A stretch of DNA of 61,901 bases, filler included. It is 4 parts of 4 records of this genome, joined end to end, with 100 filler letters (N's around TTAATTAATTAA, not from the genome) between each part and the next. Parts side by side here need not be neighbours in the genome. Positions count along the whole stretch, not along the records: positions 1 to 29,807 come from SRR20825019_685; 3 more parts are not named here. The stretch is one strand, 5' to 3'. Positions 8,734 through 18,395 of the stretch are shown one piece after another. The notes beneath the pieces are model-generated. The model was not told where the DNA came from. It searched no databases and saw only the letters and a program-made list of their open reading frames with translations. The position numbers and the translations under genes are program-made. How positions within the stretch are numbered: position 1 is the first letter of the stretch; each line of letters starts with the position of its first letter.

Positions 8734-9093
8734 ATGAAGCGAATCCTGCTCGCCGAAGACGACAACGATATGCGCCAGTTCCTGACGCGGGCGCTCAAGA
8801 ACGCCGGCTATGAGGTTGTGTCCTTCGACAATGGGCTGTCGGCCTATGAGCGGCTGCGCGAAGAGCCGTTCTCCCTGCTGCTGAGCGATATCGTGATGCC
8901 GGAAATGGACGGAATCGAGCTGGCACGCCGCGCCACCGAGCTCGACCCCGACCTCAAGGTCATGTTCATCACCGGCTTTGCCGCCGTGGCGCTCAATCCC
9001 GACAGCGATGCGCCCAAGGATGCCTCGGTGCTCTCCAAGCCCTTTCACCTCAAGGACCTGGTCAACGAGGTCGAGCGCCTGCTGGCGGCCTAG
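8734..9093 (+). CDS. cpdR: Single-domain response regulator CpdR
   Basis: RILLAEDDNDMRQFL, DIVMPEMDGIELARRA, MFITGFAAVAL, LSKPFHLKDLV; conserved position before tRNA-Val. Confidence 0.93.
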   Translation: MKRILLAEDDNDMRQFLTRALKNAGYEVVSFDNGLSAYERLREEPFSLLLSDIVMPEMDGIELARRATELDPDLKVMFITGFAAVALNPDSDAPKDASVLSKPFHLKDLVNEVERLLAA

Positions 9094-9213
9094 GAAACTC
9101 TACTGCGGCGGCCATCTGACGCACATTTCTGCGCTTCCGGTGCTCACGTCCGTATGTACGCTCCGCTCCGGTCCTCGAAATACACGCCAGTTGACTCACC
9201 GCAGCGAGTTTCC
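9093..9213. repeat. Palindromic intergenic repeat element, copy 1
   Basis: Outer inverted repeat GGAAACTC...GAGTTTCC; core CGCTTCCGGTGCTCACGT-N-ACGCTCCGCTCCGGTCCTCG shared with copy 2. Confidence 0.7.
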
Positions 9214-9315
9214 ACAGAGTCTGAACTCTTCGGTTTTTGCCACTTGACCCCCGAATGGGTTTTATGGTCTATCCGCGCCACCGGAACGGCGCAGCCAGTC
9301 CGGACCCGGAGAGAT

Positions 9316-9390
9316 GGGCGTATAGCTCAGCGGGAGAGCACCTCGTTGACATCGAGGGGGTCACAAGTTCAATCCTTGTTACGCCCACCA
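9316..9390 (+). tRNA. tRNA-Val(GAC)
   Basis: 75-nt cloverleaf, anticodon arm CCTCG-TTGACAT-CGAGG, GTTCAAT T-loop, encoded CCA. Confidence 0.97.
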
Positions 9391-9436
9391 TCTCTTTCCG
9401 GTTCGCTTGGTCCTTCTGTTAGGACATGGGCGATGT

Positions 9437-9511
9437 GGGAGTATAGCTCAGCGGGAGAGCATTCGCTTCACACGCGAAGGGTCACAAGTTCAATCCTTGT
9501 TACTCCCACCA
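9437..9511 (+). tRNA. tRNA-Val(CAC)
   Basis: 75-nt cloverleaf, anticodon arm TTCGC-TTCACAC-GCGAA, encoded CCA. Confidence 0.97.
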
Positions 9512-9517
9512 TTTGCC

Positions 9518-9642
9518 TTCGCTTCCGGTGAAGGCGGTCTGCAAATCCCCATACCCTCCGCTTCCGGTGCTCACGTGCCGAACGCACGCTGCGCGCCGGT
9601 TCTCGGGAACGGGCATTTTCGCCTCACCTTGACCGGGCCGAA
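9518..9642. repeat. Palindromic intergenic repeat element, copy 2
   Basis: Core CGCTTCCGGTGCTCACGT-N-ACGCTGCGCGCCGGTTCTCG at 9559-9605 inside a long imperfect hairpin. Confidence 0.65.
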
Positions 9643-9677
9643 CGCAAATGGTGCCCAGAACGGGAACTGGTCCTTAA

Positions 9678-10292
9678 TCACCACATTGTCTGTTTCGCCC
9701 GTTCGGGCCAGGCCTTGTCATAGCTCTCGCCGCCCACTTCTTCTGCCGTCATCGCCGCCAGGATCTGGCCGGGGGTGGGCAGGCTCGTCGGGTCGACATG
9801 GCGTTCGGGGTTCCAGAGTTCGGATCGGATGATCGCGCGGGCGCACTGGAAATAGACCTCGTCTATATCAAGGACGATCACCGAGCGCGGCGCCTTGTCC
9901 TCGACCGCGAAGCTCTCGAGCAGGGCCGGATCGATAGAGAGATGCGCACGTCCATTGACGCGCAAGGTGGTGCCCGAGCCGGGAATGAGGAAGAGCAGGG
10001 CGCAGCGCGGGTCGCGCACGATGTTGCGCAAGCTGTCGATGCGGTTATTGCCACGCCGGTCGGGCAGCATCAGGGTCTTGTCATCATGGATGCGCACAAA
10101 GCCAGGCTTGTCGCCGCGCGGTGAGCAATCAACGCCCTCCGGGCCGATGGTGGCGAGCGCAGCAAAGGGGCTGACCGCGATCAGGCGCCGATAGTCGGGC
10201 GTCATGGCAGGCGCCACCTTGACGGTGGAAGCAGGCGCTGGGGCGGGTTGATAAAGCGCCTCGAGCTGGTCGAGGGAAACAATCTTGGTCAT
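9678..10292 (-). CDS. Pyridoxamine 5'-phosphate oxidase-like FMN-binding protein
   Basis: DCSPRGD, LPDRRGNNRIDSLRNI, TLRVNGRA, YFQCARAIIRSELW; start MTKIVSL (the longer ORF overlaps msrB). Confidence 0.9.
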   Translation of the reverse strand: MTKIVSLDQLEALYQPAPAPASTVKVAPAMTPDYRRLIAVSPFAALATIGPEGVDCSPRGDKPGFVRIHDDKTLMLPDRRGNNRIDSLRNIVRDPRCALLFLIPGSGTTLRVNGRAHLSIDPALLESFAVEDKAPRSVIVLDIDEVYFQCARAIIRSELWNPERHVDPTSLPTPGQILAAMTAEEVGGESYDKAWPERAKQTMW

Positions 10293-10332
10293 GACTAAGC
10301 GCCTGGGAACCGCGTCGTGATCGAACGCACGC

Positions 10333-10360
10333 TGGGAATGATGTGTAACCCAGCCTATAT
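10333..10360 (+). promoter_or_regulatory. Putative RpoH promoter of msrB
   Basis: TGGGAA-N15-CCTATAT upstream of the AAGGAG RBS. Confidence 0.45.
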
Positions 10361-10397
10361 GACAAACGAAACAAAGGTCGAGACAAGGAGTGTTGCC

Positions 10398-10802
10398 ATG
10401 GATGCGCAAAAATTCCCCGTGACCCGCACCGATGCCGAATGGCGTGCGCGGCTGAGCGAAGAGCAATATTACATCATGCGCGAGCACGGCACCGAGCGGC
10501 CCGGCTCCTGCGCCCTGCTGCATGAAAAGCGCCCCGGAACGTTTTCCTGCGCCGGCTGCGACAGCCCGCTCTTTGCCGCGACGCTGAAATTCGAAAGCGG
10601 CACGGGCTGGCCCAGCTTTAACGACCCGATCCCCGGCTCGGTCGAAACCACCACCGACCGCAGTCATGGCATGGTGCGCACCGAAGTGCATTGCGCCACC
10701 TGTGGCAGCCATCTGGGCCATGTCTTCCCCGATGGTCCGCCCCCGACGGGCCTGCGCTATTGCATCAATGGCGTGGCGCTCAATTTCACGCCCGAGGCAT
10801 GA
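10398..10802 (+). CDS. msrB: Peptide-methionine (R)-S-oxide reductase
   Basis: GTERP, CAGC, KFESGTGWPSF, RTEVHCATCGSHLGHVFPDGP, RYCING. Confidence 0.97.
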   Translation: MDAQKFPVTRTDAEWRARLSEEQYYIMREHGTERPGSCALLHEKRPGTFSCAGCDSPLFAATLKFESGTGWPSFNDPIPGSVETTTDRSHGMVRTEVHCATCGSHLGHVFPDGPPPTGLRYCINGVALNFTPEA

Positions 10803-11569
10803 AGTTTTCTGCCAATCTGAGCATGCTCTATACCGAGCATGACTTTCTTGATCGCTTCGCCGCCGCAGCCGCTGATGGCTTCGGCGGCGTTGAATTTGTG
10901 TCCCCCTATGATGACCCGCCACAGGTCGTGGCCGAGGCGGCCCGGATAGCCGGGGTCGCATTGGCGCTGTTCAATGCGCCGGCCGGCGATTGGGCGGCGG
11001 GGGAGCGGGGTTGCGCCTGCCAGCCTGGGCAGCAGGCCCGGTTTCGCGCCGAAATCGACCGGGCGATCGACTATGCCAAGGCGCTGGCTTGTCCGCGCCT
11101 CCATATCATGGCTGGCCTCGTGCCCGAGGGTGTCACCACGGTCGAGGCGGAGGCCGTGTTCATCGACAATCTGGGCTGGGCCGCCGAGCGGCTGGCGGGC
11201 GCTGGTGTCGTCGGGCTGATCGAGCCGATCAATCCGGTCGACATGCCCGGCTATGGACTATCCCGTCTCGACCAGGCCGAGCGTGTGCTGGCGGCGGTGG
11301 GGCATGACAATCTGCGCCTGCAATATGATGTCTATCACATGGCCATGATGGGCGAAGATGTGGTGACCCAATTCATGCGCCTGCTGCCGATCATCGACCA
11401 TATCCAGATCGCCGACAGGCCGGGCCGGCATGAGCCGGGCAGCGGCACCATCGATTTTCCGTCCGTGTTCACGGCCATCCGTTCGAGCGGTTACCCGGGT
11501 TGGGTGGGGGCGGAATACCTGCCGGCCGCCGGGACCAGCATGGGGCTTGGCTGGCGCGAGCGCGCCTGA
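10799..11569 (+). CDS. hyi: Hydroxypyruvate isomerase family TIM barrel
   Basis: MKFSANLSMLYTE, IEPINP, QYDVYH, HIQIADRPGRHEPGSG, VGAEY; ATGA overlap with the msrB stop. Confidence 0.9.
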   Translation: MKFSANLSMLYTEHDFLDRFAAAAADGFGGVEFVSPYDDPPQVVAEAARIAGVALALFNAPAGDWAAGERGCACQPGQQARFRAEIDRAIDYAKALACPRLHIMAGLVPEGVTTVEAEAVFIDNLGWAAERLAGAGVVGLIEPINPVDMPGYGLSRLDQAERVLAAVGHDNLRLQYDVYHMAMMGEDVVTQFMRLLPIIDHIQIADRPGRHEPGSGTIDFPSVFTAIRSSGYPGWVGAEYLPAAGTSMGLGWRERA

Positions 11570-11572
11570 CAT

Positions 11573-14023
11573 TCAGGTGCCGCGCGGCTTGGCACGATTG
11601 GTGGCGGACGCGGCAAGCGGATCGTCAGGCCAGGGGTGGCGCGGATAGCGGCCCTTGAGGTCGCGCGCCACATCCTTCCAGCTGCCGCGCCAGAAGCCGG
11701 GCAGGTCCCGCGTGGTCTGGATCGGCCGATGGGCCGGCGAAAGCAGCACCAGCAAGAGCGGTATGCGGCCATTGGCAATACTGGGGTGCCGGTCGAGCCC
11801 GAACAGTTCCTGCACCCGGATTTCCAGCGCCGGGCCATTTTCGGCGCCATAGTCGATGGGCAGGTGACTGCCCGAGGGCGCGTGGAAATGGCTGGGCAGC
11901 AGCTTTTCCATCTCCTGCTTTTTCGCCCAGGGCAGCATCGCCTCCAGCGCGGCGCCGAGATGCTCGGCGGTGATCGCGGCAAGCCGCGTCTCACCCAGAA
12001 TGTGCGGGGTCAGCCAGGCCGGGTCGGCAGACAGAGCCGTATCGGACAGGTCGGGCCAGTCAGCGCCCAGGCTCTGGTGGAGAAAACTGGCGCGGGCGCG
12101 CTGGGCTTTCTGATCCTTGCTCCAGGGCAGGGTGTCGACCCGTTTGATGGCGGCTTCGGCGAGGAGCTTTGCTGCGGCATCAAAATCGGTCACGGGGGCG
12201 GTTTCGTCGGCCAGCCGCAAGGCGTCGAGCCGGCGCTGCCGGCGGGCGCGCACGGCGCCGCTCGCCGGATCGAAGCTGAGGCTGGTTTCAGTGCGGATAT
12301 GGGTCGCAAACAGGGTTTCGAGTTCGCTCGCATCGAGCGCCGCGGCCGAACGGATGCGGCCCTGCGTGGCGCTGCCGGTCACATCGGCCACGACGATAAA
12401 GGGCGCGCCGGCCAGGGCGTGTGTCTCGTCAAGCTGGGCCTGCCGTCCATTGGCCAGGCGGAAGCGACCGCGGGCACCAGCCGACTGGGCCACCCGGTCG
12501 GGAAAGGCGCGGGCGAGGTGATGGCCGGGGGACAGGTCCTCACCGGAGGATCCACCGGTCAGCTTTGCCCAGCGTCGGGCCAGGCTGCGGGCGTCCTCGG
12601 CGCGGCGCGATCGATCGGTGCGAAAGCGCTCGAGGCGGCGACCGAGATCGGTATCGTCCCCGCCCAGCCCCCGTTCGCCGATCAGCACGGCCAGTTCGGC
12701 AGCGGTTTGCGCATCGCCATCTTCGGCGCCGGCGACCACCATATGGGCAAGGCGCGGATGCAGTGGCAATTTTGCCAGGGCCTTACCGGCTGGCGTGAGG
12801 TGTCCGGCTTGATCGATGGCGTCGAGGCGAGAAAGCAGCGCTTTGGCCTCGGCCCAGGCCGGGGCAGGCGGGGGATCGAGGAAGGCCAGCGCCTTCGGAT
12901 CGGTGACGCCCCAGCTGGCGAGATCAAGCAACAGGCCGGACAGATCGGCGGCCAGGATCTCCGGGGTTTCGAACCGTTCGAGCGCGGCACTCTGGCCCTG
13001 GTGCCAGAGCCGGATGCAGACGCCGGGGCTGGTGCGCCCCGCCCGGCCGCGGCGCTGGTCGGCGCCGGCGCGGGATACGCGGCGGGTGGCGAGGCTCGTC
13101 ATGCCGGTGGCGGGTTCATAGACCGGCACGCGGCGGAAGCCAGAATCGATGACGATGCGCACGCCCTCGATGGTCAGCGAGGTTTCGGCAATCGAGGTCG
13201 CCAGCACGATCTTGCGGCGCCCTTCGGGCGCGGGTTGAATGGCCCGGTCCTGTTCGGCGGGCGAGAGCTGGCCATAAAGCGGCGCCAGATCGGTATTGGC
13301 GGGCAGGCGGGTGGCCAGCCGTTCGGCGGTGCGGGTGATTTCGCCTTGCCCGGGCAGGAACACCAGCACCGATCCCTCATGCTCGCGCAAGGCAGCAAGC
13401 GTCGCGCCCGCCACCTGGTCCTCGAGGCGCTGCAGCGGGTCGGGCTCGACATGCAAAGTCTCGACCGGAAAAGTGCGGCCGGGGCTGTCGATGACCGGCG
13501 CATCATCGAGCAGGCGGGCCACACGCGCGCCATCGATGGTGGCGGACATGACGAGAAGTCTCAGATCCGGCCGCAGGGCGCGGGCGTCGAGCGCCAGAGC
13601 AAATCCCAGATCGCCATCCAGGCTCCGTTCGTGAAATTCGTCGAAGATGACGGCAGCGACGCCCGCGAGTTCCGGGTCATTGAGCAACATGCGAGTGAAG
13701 ACGCCCTCAGTGACCACTTCGATGCGGGTGCGGGCGGAGACTTTGGTCTCCATGCGCACCCGAAAACCAACAGTCTGACCGACCTCCTCGCCCAGCAGTC
13801 GGGCCATTTGCCGGGCAGCGGCGCGGGTGGCCAGCCGGCGCGGTTCGAGCATGAGGATGCGCCCTTCACCGCGCCAGGGGGCATTGAGCAGCGCCAGGGG
13901 CACGCGCGTGGTCTTGCCCGCGCCCGGCTGGGCCACCAGCACGGCGGACATCCCCTGCGTCAGGGCTTCGGCCAGGGCGGGCAGGGCGGCATCGATGGGC
14001 AGCGGCGGCATGGGGTTGGGCAT
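11573..14023 (-). CDS. hrpB: ATP-dependent helicase HrpB
   Basis: PGAGKTTRVP, DEFHERS, MSAT, LATSIAETSLTIEG, QRRGRAGR, C-terminal KGRYPRHPWPDDP. Confidence 0.96.
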   Translation of the reverse strand: MPNPMPPLPIDAALPALAEALTQGMSAVLVAQPGAGKTTRVPLALLNAPWRGEGRILMLEPRRLATRAAARQMARLLGEEVGQTVGFRVRMETKVSARTRIEVVTEGVFTRMLLNDPELAGVAAVIFDEFHERSLDGDLGFALALDARALRPDLRLLVMSATIDGARVARLLDDAPVIDSPGRTFPVETLHVEPDPLQRLEDQVAGATLAALREHEGSVLVFLPGQGEITRTAERLATRLPANTDLAPLYGQLSPAEQDRAIQPAPEGRRKIVLATSIAETSLTIEGVRIVIDSGFRRVPVYEPATGMTSLATRRVSRAGADQRRGRAGRTSPGVCIRLWHQGQSAALERFETPEILAADLSGLLLDLASWGVTDPKALAFLDPPPAPAWAEAKALLSRLDAIDQAGHLTPAGKALAKLPLHPRLAHMVVAGAEDGDAQTAAELAVLIGERGLGGDDTDLGRRLERFRTDRSRRAEDARSLARRWAKLTGGSSGEDLSPGHHLARAFPDRVAQSAGARGRFRLANGRQAQLDETHALAGAPFIVVADVTGSATQGRIRSAAALDASELETLFATHIRTETSLSFDPASGAVRARRQRRLDALRLADETAPVTDFDAAAKLLAEAAIKRVDTLPWSKDQKAQRARASFLHQSLGADWPDLSDTALSADPAWLTPHILGETRLAAITAEHLGAALEAMLPWAKKQEMEKLLPSHFHAPSGSHLPIDYGAENGPALEIRVQELFGLDRHPSIANGRIPLLLVLLSPAHRPIQTTRDLPGFWRGSWKDVARDLKGRYPRHPWPDDPLAASATNRAKPRGT

Positions 14024-14178
14024 AGAGAGCCGATAGCCTTTGCTGCGACCTGCACGCAAGGGGCGTTGCGCCCGGTGCCGGTTTAGGGGCTTGTTCATCG
14101 CAAGCGTACTTGCGGGTTCTCCTTTGCGCCAGAGCGGGTTAGGGTGCTTGCCGTTCCCGCAACGGCCCGGAGTGGCGC

Positions 14179-15045
14179 ATGCAACTGACCCGTATCGCCA
14201 ATGACCAGATCACGGTCGATATTGCGGCGCTAGGCGCTGAAATGCAGTCGATCCAGACGCGCGATGGCCGGCATTGGCTCTGGCATGGCGACGCCACCTA
14301 TTGGACTGGCCGGTCCCCCATTCTGTTCCCTATTGTCGGCAAGGCACCCAATGACACGGTGACCGTGGACGGCACGCCGTTCCAGATGAGCCAGCATGGC
14401 TTTGCCCGGCGCAGCAATTTTTCGCTCGTGCTTGAGGAGTCGGACCGTTGCGTCTATCGGCTGACCGCCTCCGAAGCGAGCCGGGCCATGTTTCCCTTCG
14501 ATTTCCAGCTCGATGTCGAGCATCGGGTGGAAGGGCGCGCTGTCGTGGTGAGCGCCATGGTCACCAATCGCGACCACAAGATCATGCCCTTCGGCATCGG
14601 CTTTCACCCGGCCTTTGCCTGGCCGCTGCCGGGCGCAGAGGGAGCGCCGCATGGTGTCGAACTGGACGAAGGCGGCACGCCGGCGCTGCATCGGCTTTCG
14701 GGCGGGCTGGTGGATCCCAAGGCGCTGCCCTCGCCCTTTGAAGCGGGGCGTTTGACGCTCGACCACAGCCTGTTTGCGGACGACGCCATGCTGTTTCCCG
14801 AAGGGGCGGGCGCCGGGCTGGTCTATGGCCCTGCCGAGGGGCCGAGCGTGCATTTCACCTGGGAGAACCTGCCCAATTTCGCGCTCTGGACCAAGCCGGG
14901 CGCCGGCTTTATCTGCCTCGAACCCTGGCACGGCACCGCTGCGGAAATCGGCAGGTCGGAAGAATTGAGCGAGCGGCCGTTCTCCGAATTGCTGGGGCCG
15001 GGCGCAACGGCGCGCTACAGCTTCCGGGCGGAACTCAGGGGTTAG
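14179..15045 (+). CDS. Aldose 1-epimerase family (LacX-like)
   Basis: YWTGRSPILFPIVG, HGFAR, GFHPAF, FICLEPWHG. Confidence 0.92.
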   Translation: MQLTRIANDQITVDIAALGAEMQSIQTRDGRHWLWHGDATYWTGRSPILFPIVGKAPNDTVTVDGTPFQMSQHGFARRSNFSLVLEESDRCVYRLTASEASRAMFPFDFQLDVEHRVEGRAVVVSAMVTNRDHKIMPFGIGFHPAFAWPLPGAEGAPHGVELDEGGTPALHRLSGGLVDPKALPSPFEAGRLTLDHSLFADDAMLFPEGAGAGLVYGPAEGPSVHFTWENLPNFALWTKPGAGFICLEPWHGTAAEIGRSEELSERPFSELLGPGATARYSFRAELRG

Positions 15046-15129
15046 TCGACCGCCATTCGAGCACAGCTCTCATGGCCTCCTTGTCTCGTTTCTCCCCACT
15101 GGGGCGAAACGCCAACGGACGACGCGGAG

Positions 15130-16656
15130 TTACTCCGCTGCGCCGCGTTCTTCGGCCAGTTCGTCCGGGCCGTTGGGATCGCCCGGCGCTGTCTCGGCGC
15201 CCAGATCGGGGAAGGCTGCGATGCGCTGATTGCGGAAGTCGGTGCGTAACACGATCAGCCCGCGTTCCTCGAACCAGGTCAGCAGGCGCCGGGCACGGCT
15301 CGATGAATGGGTGCCATAAAGCCGGGCCAGAGTGGCGTCGGACGGGCATGGCGCGCCGGTGAGCGCGGCCTGGGCAATGACCAGGAACACGCCCTGCACA
15401 TCGTCGGTCAGCGTTTCGGATAAGCTCAGCGCCTGCTGCCAGCCATCGGAGGATGCGGTCTGTTCGTCGGGCGCCACCCGGGCCACGGCGAGCAGCCGCT
15501 TGAAGGCCGGCAGGGCCGGCGGTTCGCCCGGCACACGGCGAATGCGGCAGCGCACCAGGAAATCCTGATAGAGCTGGGCCGTGGTACGAAAGCCTGCATC
15601 GGGGTCGCTCATCAATTCGACCATCACCGCCTGGATCATGACGTCGCGTTCGGCCTCGTCGAGTTCGGGGAACAGCGAGACCGGCTCCTCGGGCGCATCG
15701 GCGCGGGCCCTGGCGCGGGCTTCGGCGACCTGGGCGAGTAGTTCATTGGTCGAAGGCGGCGGGGGCGGCGCCGGGCGGCGCACGACCGGCCGGGCCAGTT
15801 CCTCGGGGTCCTGGGTGAAAATCAGGTCTGCCGCGTCTGCCGGCGCTTCGGGCAAGGGGGTCAGCTTGGGGCTGGTCGAGCGCGCCGAGGTTTCCACCGA
15901 ACCAATGACGATGGGCAGGGGTCGGCGGGAGATGGCCGGTCCGAGTGCCACGAAATGGCCGCGCGCGAGGTCACGGAATTGTTCGGCCTGGCGGCGATCC
16001 ATGCCCAGCAGGTCGGCAGCGCGGGCCATGTCGATATCGAGAAAGGTGCGGCCCATGAGGAAATTGGAGGCCTCTGCCGCCACGTTCTTGGCCAGCTTGG
16101 CCAGGCGCTGGGTGGCGATCACGCCAGCCAGGCCCCGCTTGCGGCCGCGGCACATCAGATTGGTCATGGCGCCCAGCGAGAGTTTGCGCGCTTCGTCGGA
16201 GACCTCGCCGCCCGCGGCGGGGGCGAAAAGCTGGGCCTCGTCAACCACCACCAGAACCGGATACCAGAAATCGCGGTCGGCATCGAACATGCCCCCGAGA
16301 AAGGCGGCGGCCGCGCGCATCTGCTGTTCGGCGTCGAGCCCTTCGAGATTGAGCACTACAGAGACACGGTGCTGGCGGACGCGGTTGGCGATGCGGGTCA
16401 ATTCGCTTTCGGTGCGCGTGGCATCGACCACCAGGTGCCCGTATTTTTCGGACAGGGTAACGAAATCACCCTCGGGATCGATGATGCATTGCTGCACCCA
16501 CTGGGCGGATTGCTCCAGCAGGCGGCGCAGCAGATGGGACTTGCCGGACCCCGAATTGCCCTGCACCAGAAGGCGCGTGGCGAGCAATTCCTCAAGATCC
16601 ATGTGGGCTGGGCCGGATCCCCGGCTCTCTCCCATGTCGATGGCGACCTGCATCAT
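15130..16656 (-). CDS. HerA/DUF87-like P-loop ATPase with putative C-terminal winged helix
   Basis: GNSGSGKS Walker A, IIDPEGD, VVVDEAQ Walker B, RGRKRG, ATQR. Confidence 0.85.
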   Translation of the reverse strand: MMQVAIDMGESRGSGPAHMDLEELLATRLLVQGNSGSGKSHLLRRLLEQSAQWVQQCIIDPEGDFVTLSEKYGHLVVDATRTESELTRIANRVRQHRVSVVLNLEGLDAEQQMRAAAAFLGGMFDADRDFWYPVLVVVDEAQLFAPAAGGEVSDEARKLSLGAMTNLMCRGRKRGLAGVIATQRLAKLAKNVAAEASNFLMGRTFLDIDMARAADLLGMDRRQAEQFRDLARGHFVALGPAISRRPLPIVIGSVETSARSTSPKLTPLPEAPADAADLIFTQDPEELARPVVRRPAPPPPPSTNELLAQVAEARARARADAPEEPVSLFPELDEAERDVMIQAVMVELMSDPDAGFRTTAQLYQDFLVRCRIRRVPGEPPALPAFKRLLAVARVAPDEQTASSDGWQQALSLSETLTDDVQGVFLVIAQAALTGAPCPSDATLARLYGTHSSSRARRLLTWFEERGLIVLRTDFRNQRIAAFPDLGAETAPGDPNGPDELAEERGAAE

Positions 16657-16782
16657 CTCTCCGGCTGGATGCGCCTCATCTCCAGCGGGAAGGCAGACGC
16701 ACGGCTAACTGACTATTTGCGAGTGATAGCACATAGCCTCACCGATTCGCCCAATCGGGGAAAGCCCGGTTCCACAGGCCAG

Positions 16783-17406
16783 TCAGTCCGGCTTGCGGGC
16801 GATCAGGAAGAGCGCGGCCTTGGGATTGGGGCGCCAGTCCTGCTCGATGACAAAGCCGGTCTGGACCATGTCGGCGCGCAACTGGTCGGGGGTCATCACA
16901 TTGAGGACCGGCAACAGGCCCAGGGCGCGGCCGAGCGGGGCCACATAGCCGAACCATTTCATGGAATCGCCCAGGCAGGCCGTGCTGGACACAAACCGCC
17001 CGCCGGGCTTGAGCATGTCATAGACCCGCGCAATGACCGCCTGCCGGTCCTTGAGCAGATGCAGGATGGAGAGCCCCAGCACCATGTCATAGCGGCCCGG
17101 TTCCACCGCAATGCTGGTGATGTCGCCCTGCTCGAAGGTGACATTGTCCACGCCGGCCTCGGCGACGCGCTGGCGGGCCATGTCGAGCATGCGGGTGGAA
17201 AAATCGATGGCGCGGACACTGCGCACATGCGGGGCATGGGCAATGGCCGTGCCCCCGGTGCCGCAGCCAAACTCGAAAATTTCCATCTCCGGGGTCAGAT
17301 GGGCCTGGGTGCGCGCCAGTTTGGTGCGGTAGGCGTCTTCATCTGCAATCGGCTGGGCAGCATATTTGTCGGCCAGCCTGTCCCAGAAAGCGCTCAACTC
17401 GGCCAT
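16783..17406 (-). CDS. Class I SAM-dependent methyltransferase
   Basis: FWDRLADKY, EFGCGTG, AIDFS, LKPGGRF. Confidence 0.9.
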   Translation of the reverse strand: MAELSAFWDRLADKYAAQPIADEDAYRTKLARTQAHLTPEMEIFEFGCGTGGTAIAHAPHVRSVRAIDFSTRMLDMARQRVAEAGVDNVTFEQGDITSIAVEPGRYDMVLGLSILHLLKDRQAVIARVYDMLKPGGRFVSSTACLGDSMKWFGYVAPLGRALGLLPVLNVMTPDQLRADMVQTGFVIEQDWRPNPKAALFLIARKPD

Positions 17407-17503
17407 GTTCGCGGGGTCCTGCCTCAATGAATTGACCGGAGTGTAATGGCCGCGCCGACAAAACAAAATTGCACAATTTGGCAGAAGACCTATACATCAG
17501 CGT

Positions 17504-18391
17504 ATGAATGGATTGCCCGGTAATCCCGACTGGAACCAGATGCGCGCCTTGCTGACCACGGTCGAGGCAGGGTCGCTGTCGGCCGCGGCCAAGCGCCTGG
17601 GCCTCACCCAGCCCACGCTGGGACGGCAGGTGGCGGCGCTGGAGGAAAGCCTGGGGCTGGCCATTTTCGAGCGGGTGGGGCGGAACCTGGTGCTCACCGA
17701 GGCGGGGCAGCGCCTGGTGGCCGATCTGCGTGATATGGGCGCGGCGGCCGAGCGGGTGGCCCTGTCGGCGGCGGCGCAATCTCAGTCCGTTGAAGGCGTG
17801 GTGCGAATTACCACGGCCGACATCTATGCCGGCCATGTGCTGCCATCTTTGCTTGAAGAGATCCGGCGCGAGGCCCCGGCGATCACCGTTCAGGTGCTGG
17901 CGGTGGGGCAGATCAGCGATCTGTTGCGCCGCGAGGCCGATATTGCCATTCGCCATGTGCGCCCGGACCAGGACGGGCTGATTGCCCGGCGCTGCAAGGA
18001 CACTGCGGCCTATGTCTATGGCACGCCGGCCCTGATCGAGAAGTTGGGTCGTCCGCAGACGGGCACAGAGCTGGCGCGGCACGATTTCGTCGGGGCGCTG
18101 GAAAACAATGATGATTTCATTGCCGAGATGCAGAAGCGCGGGGTGCCGCTGGGTGCGGACAATTTCCGGCTGGCAACGCAAAGTGGCATGACGGCGTGGG
18201 AATGGGTGCGCAAGGGCATGTGCCTGGGCGCCATGGTGGAAGCGGTGGCGCGCCAGACCCCTGAGGTCGAAATCGTGGTTCCGTCAATCGAGCCCATACC
18301 GGTGCCGGTCTGGCTGGTGACGCATCGGGAGTTGCACACCAGCCGGCGCATCCGGCTGGTGTTCGACATGCTGGTCGAGCATTTATCCTGA
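17504..18391 (+). CDS. LysR family transcriptional regulator
   Basis: GSLSAAAKRLGLTQPTLGRQVAALE HTH; EADIAIR; divergent from the methyltransferase. Confidence 0.95.
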   Translation: MNGLPGNPDWNQMRALLTTVEAGSLSAAAKRLGLTQPTLGRQVAALEESLGLAIFERVGRNLVLTEAGQRLVADLRDMGAAAERVALSAAAQSQSVEGVVRITTADIYAGHVLPSLLEEIRREAPAITVQVLAVGQISDLLRREADIAIRHVRPDQDGLIARRCKDTAAYVYGTPALIEKLGRPQTGTELARHDFVGALENNDDFIAEMQKRGVPLGADNFRLATQSGMTAWEWVRKGMCLGAMVEAVARQTPEVEIVVPSIEPIPVPVWLVTHRELHTSRRIRLVFDMLVEHLS

Positions 18392-18395
18392 GCGG

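Noticed and set aside
9316-9511. Prophage or island integrated at tRNA-Val
   Set aside because: No integrase and no duplicated tRNA 3' end elsewhere in the contig.
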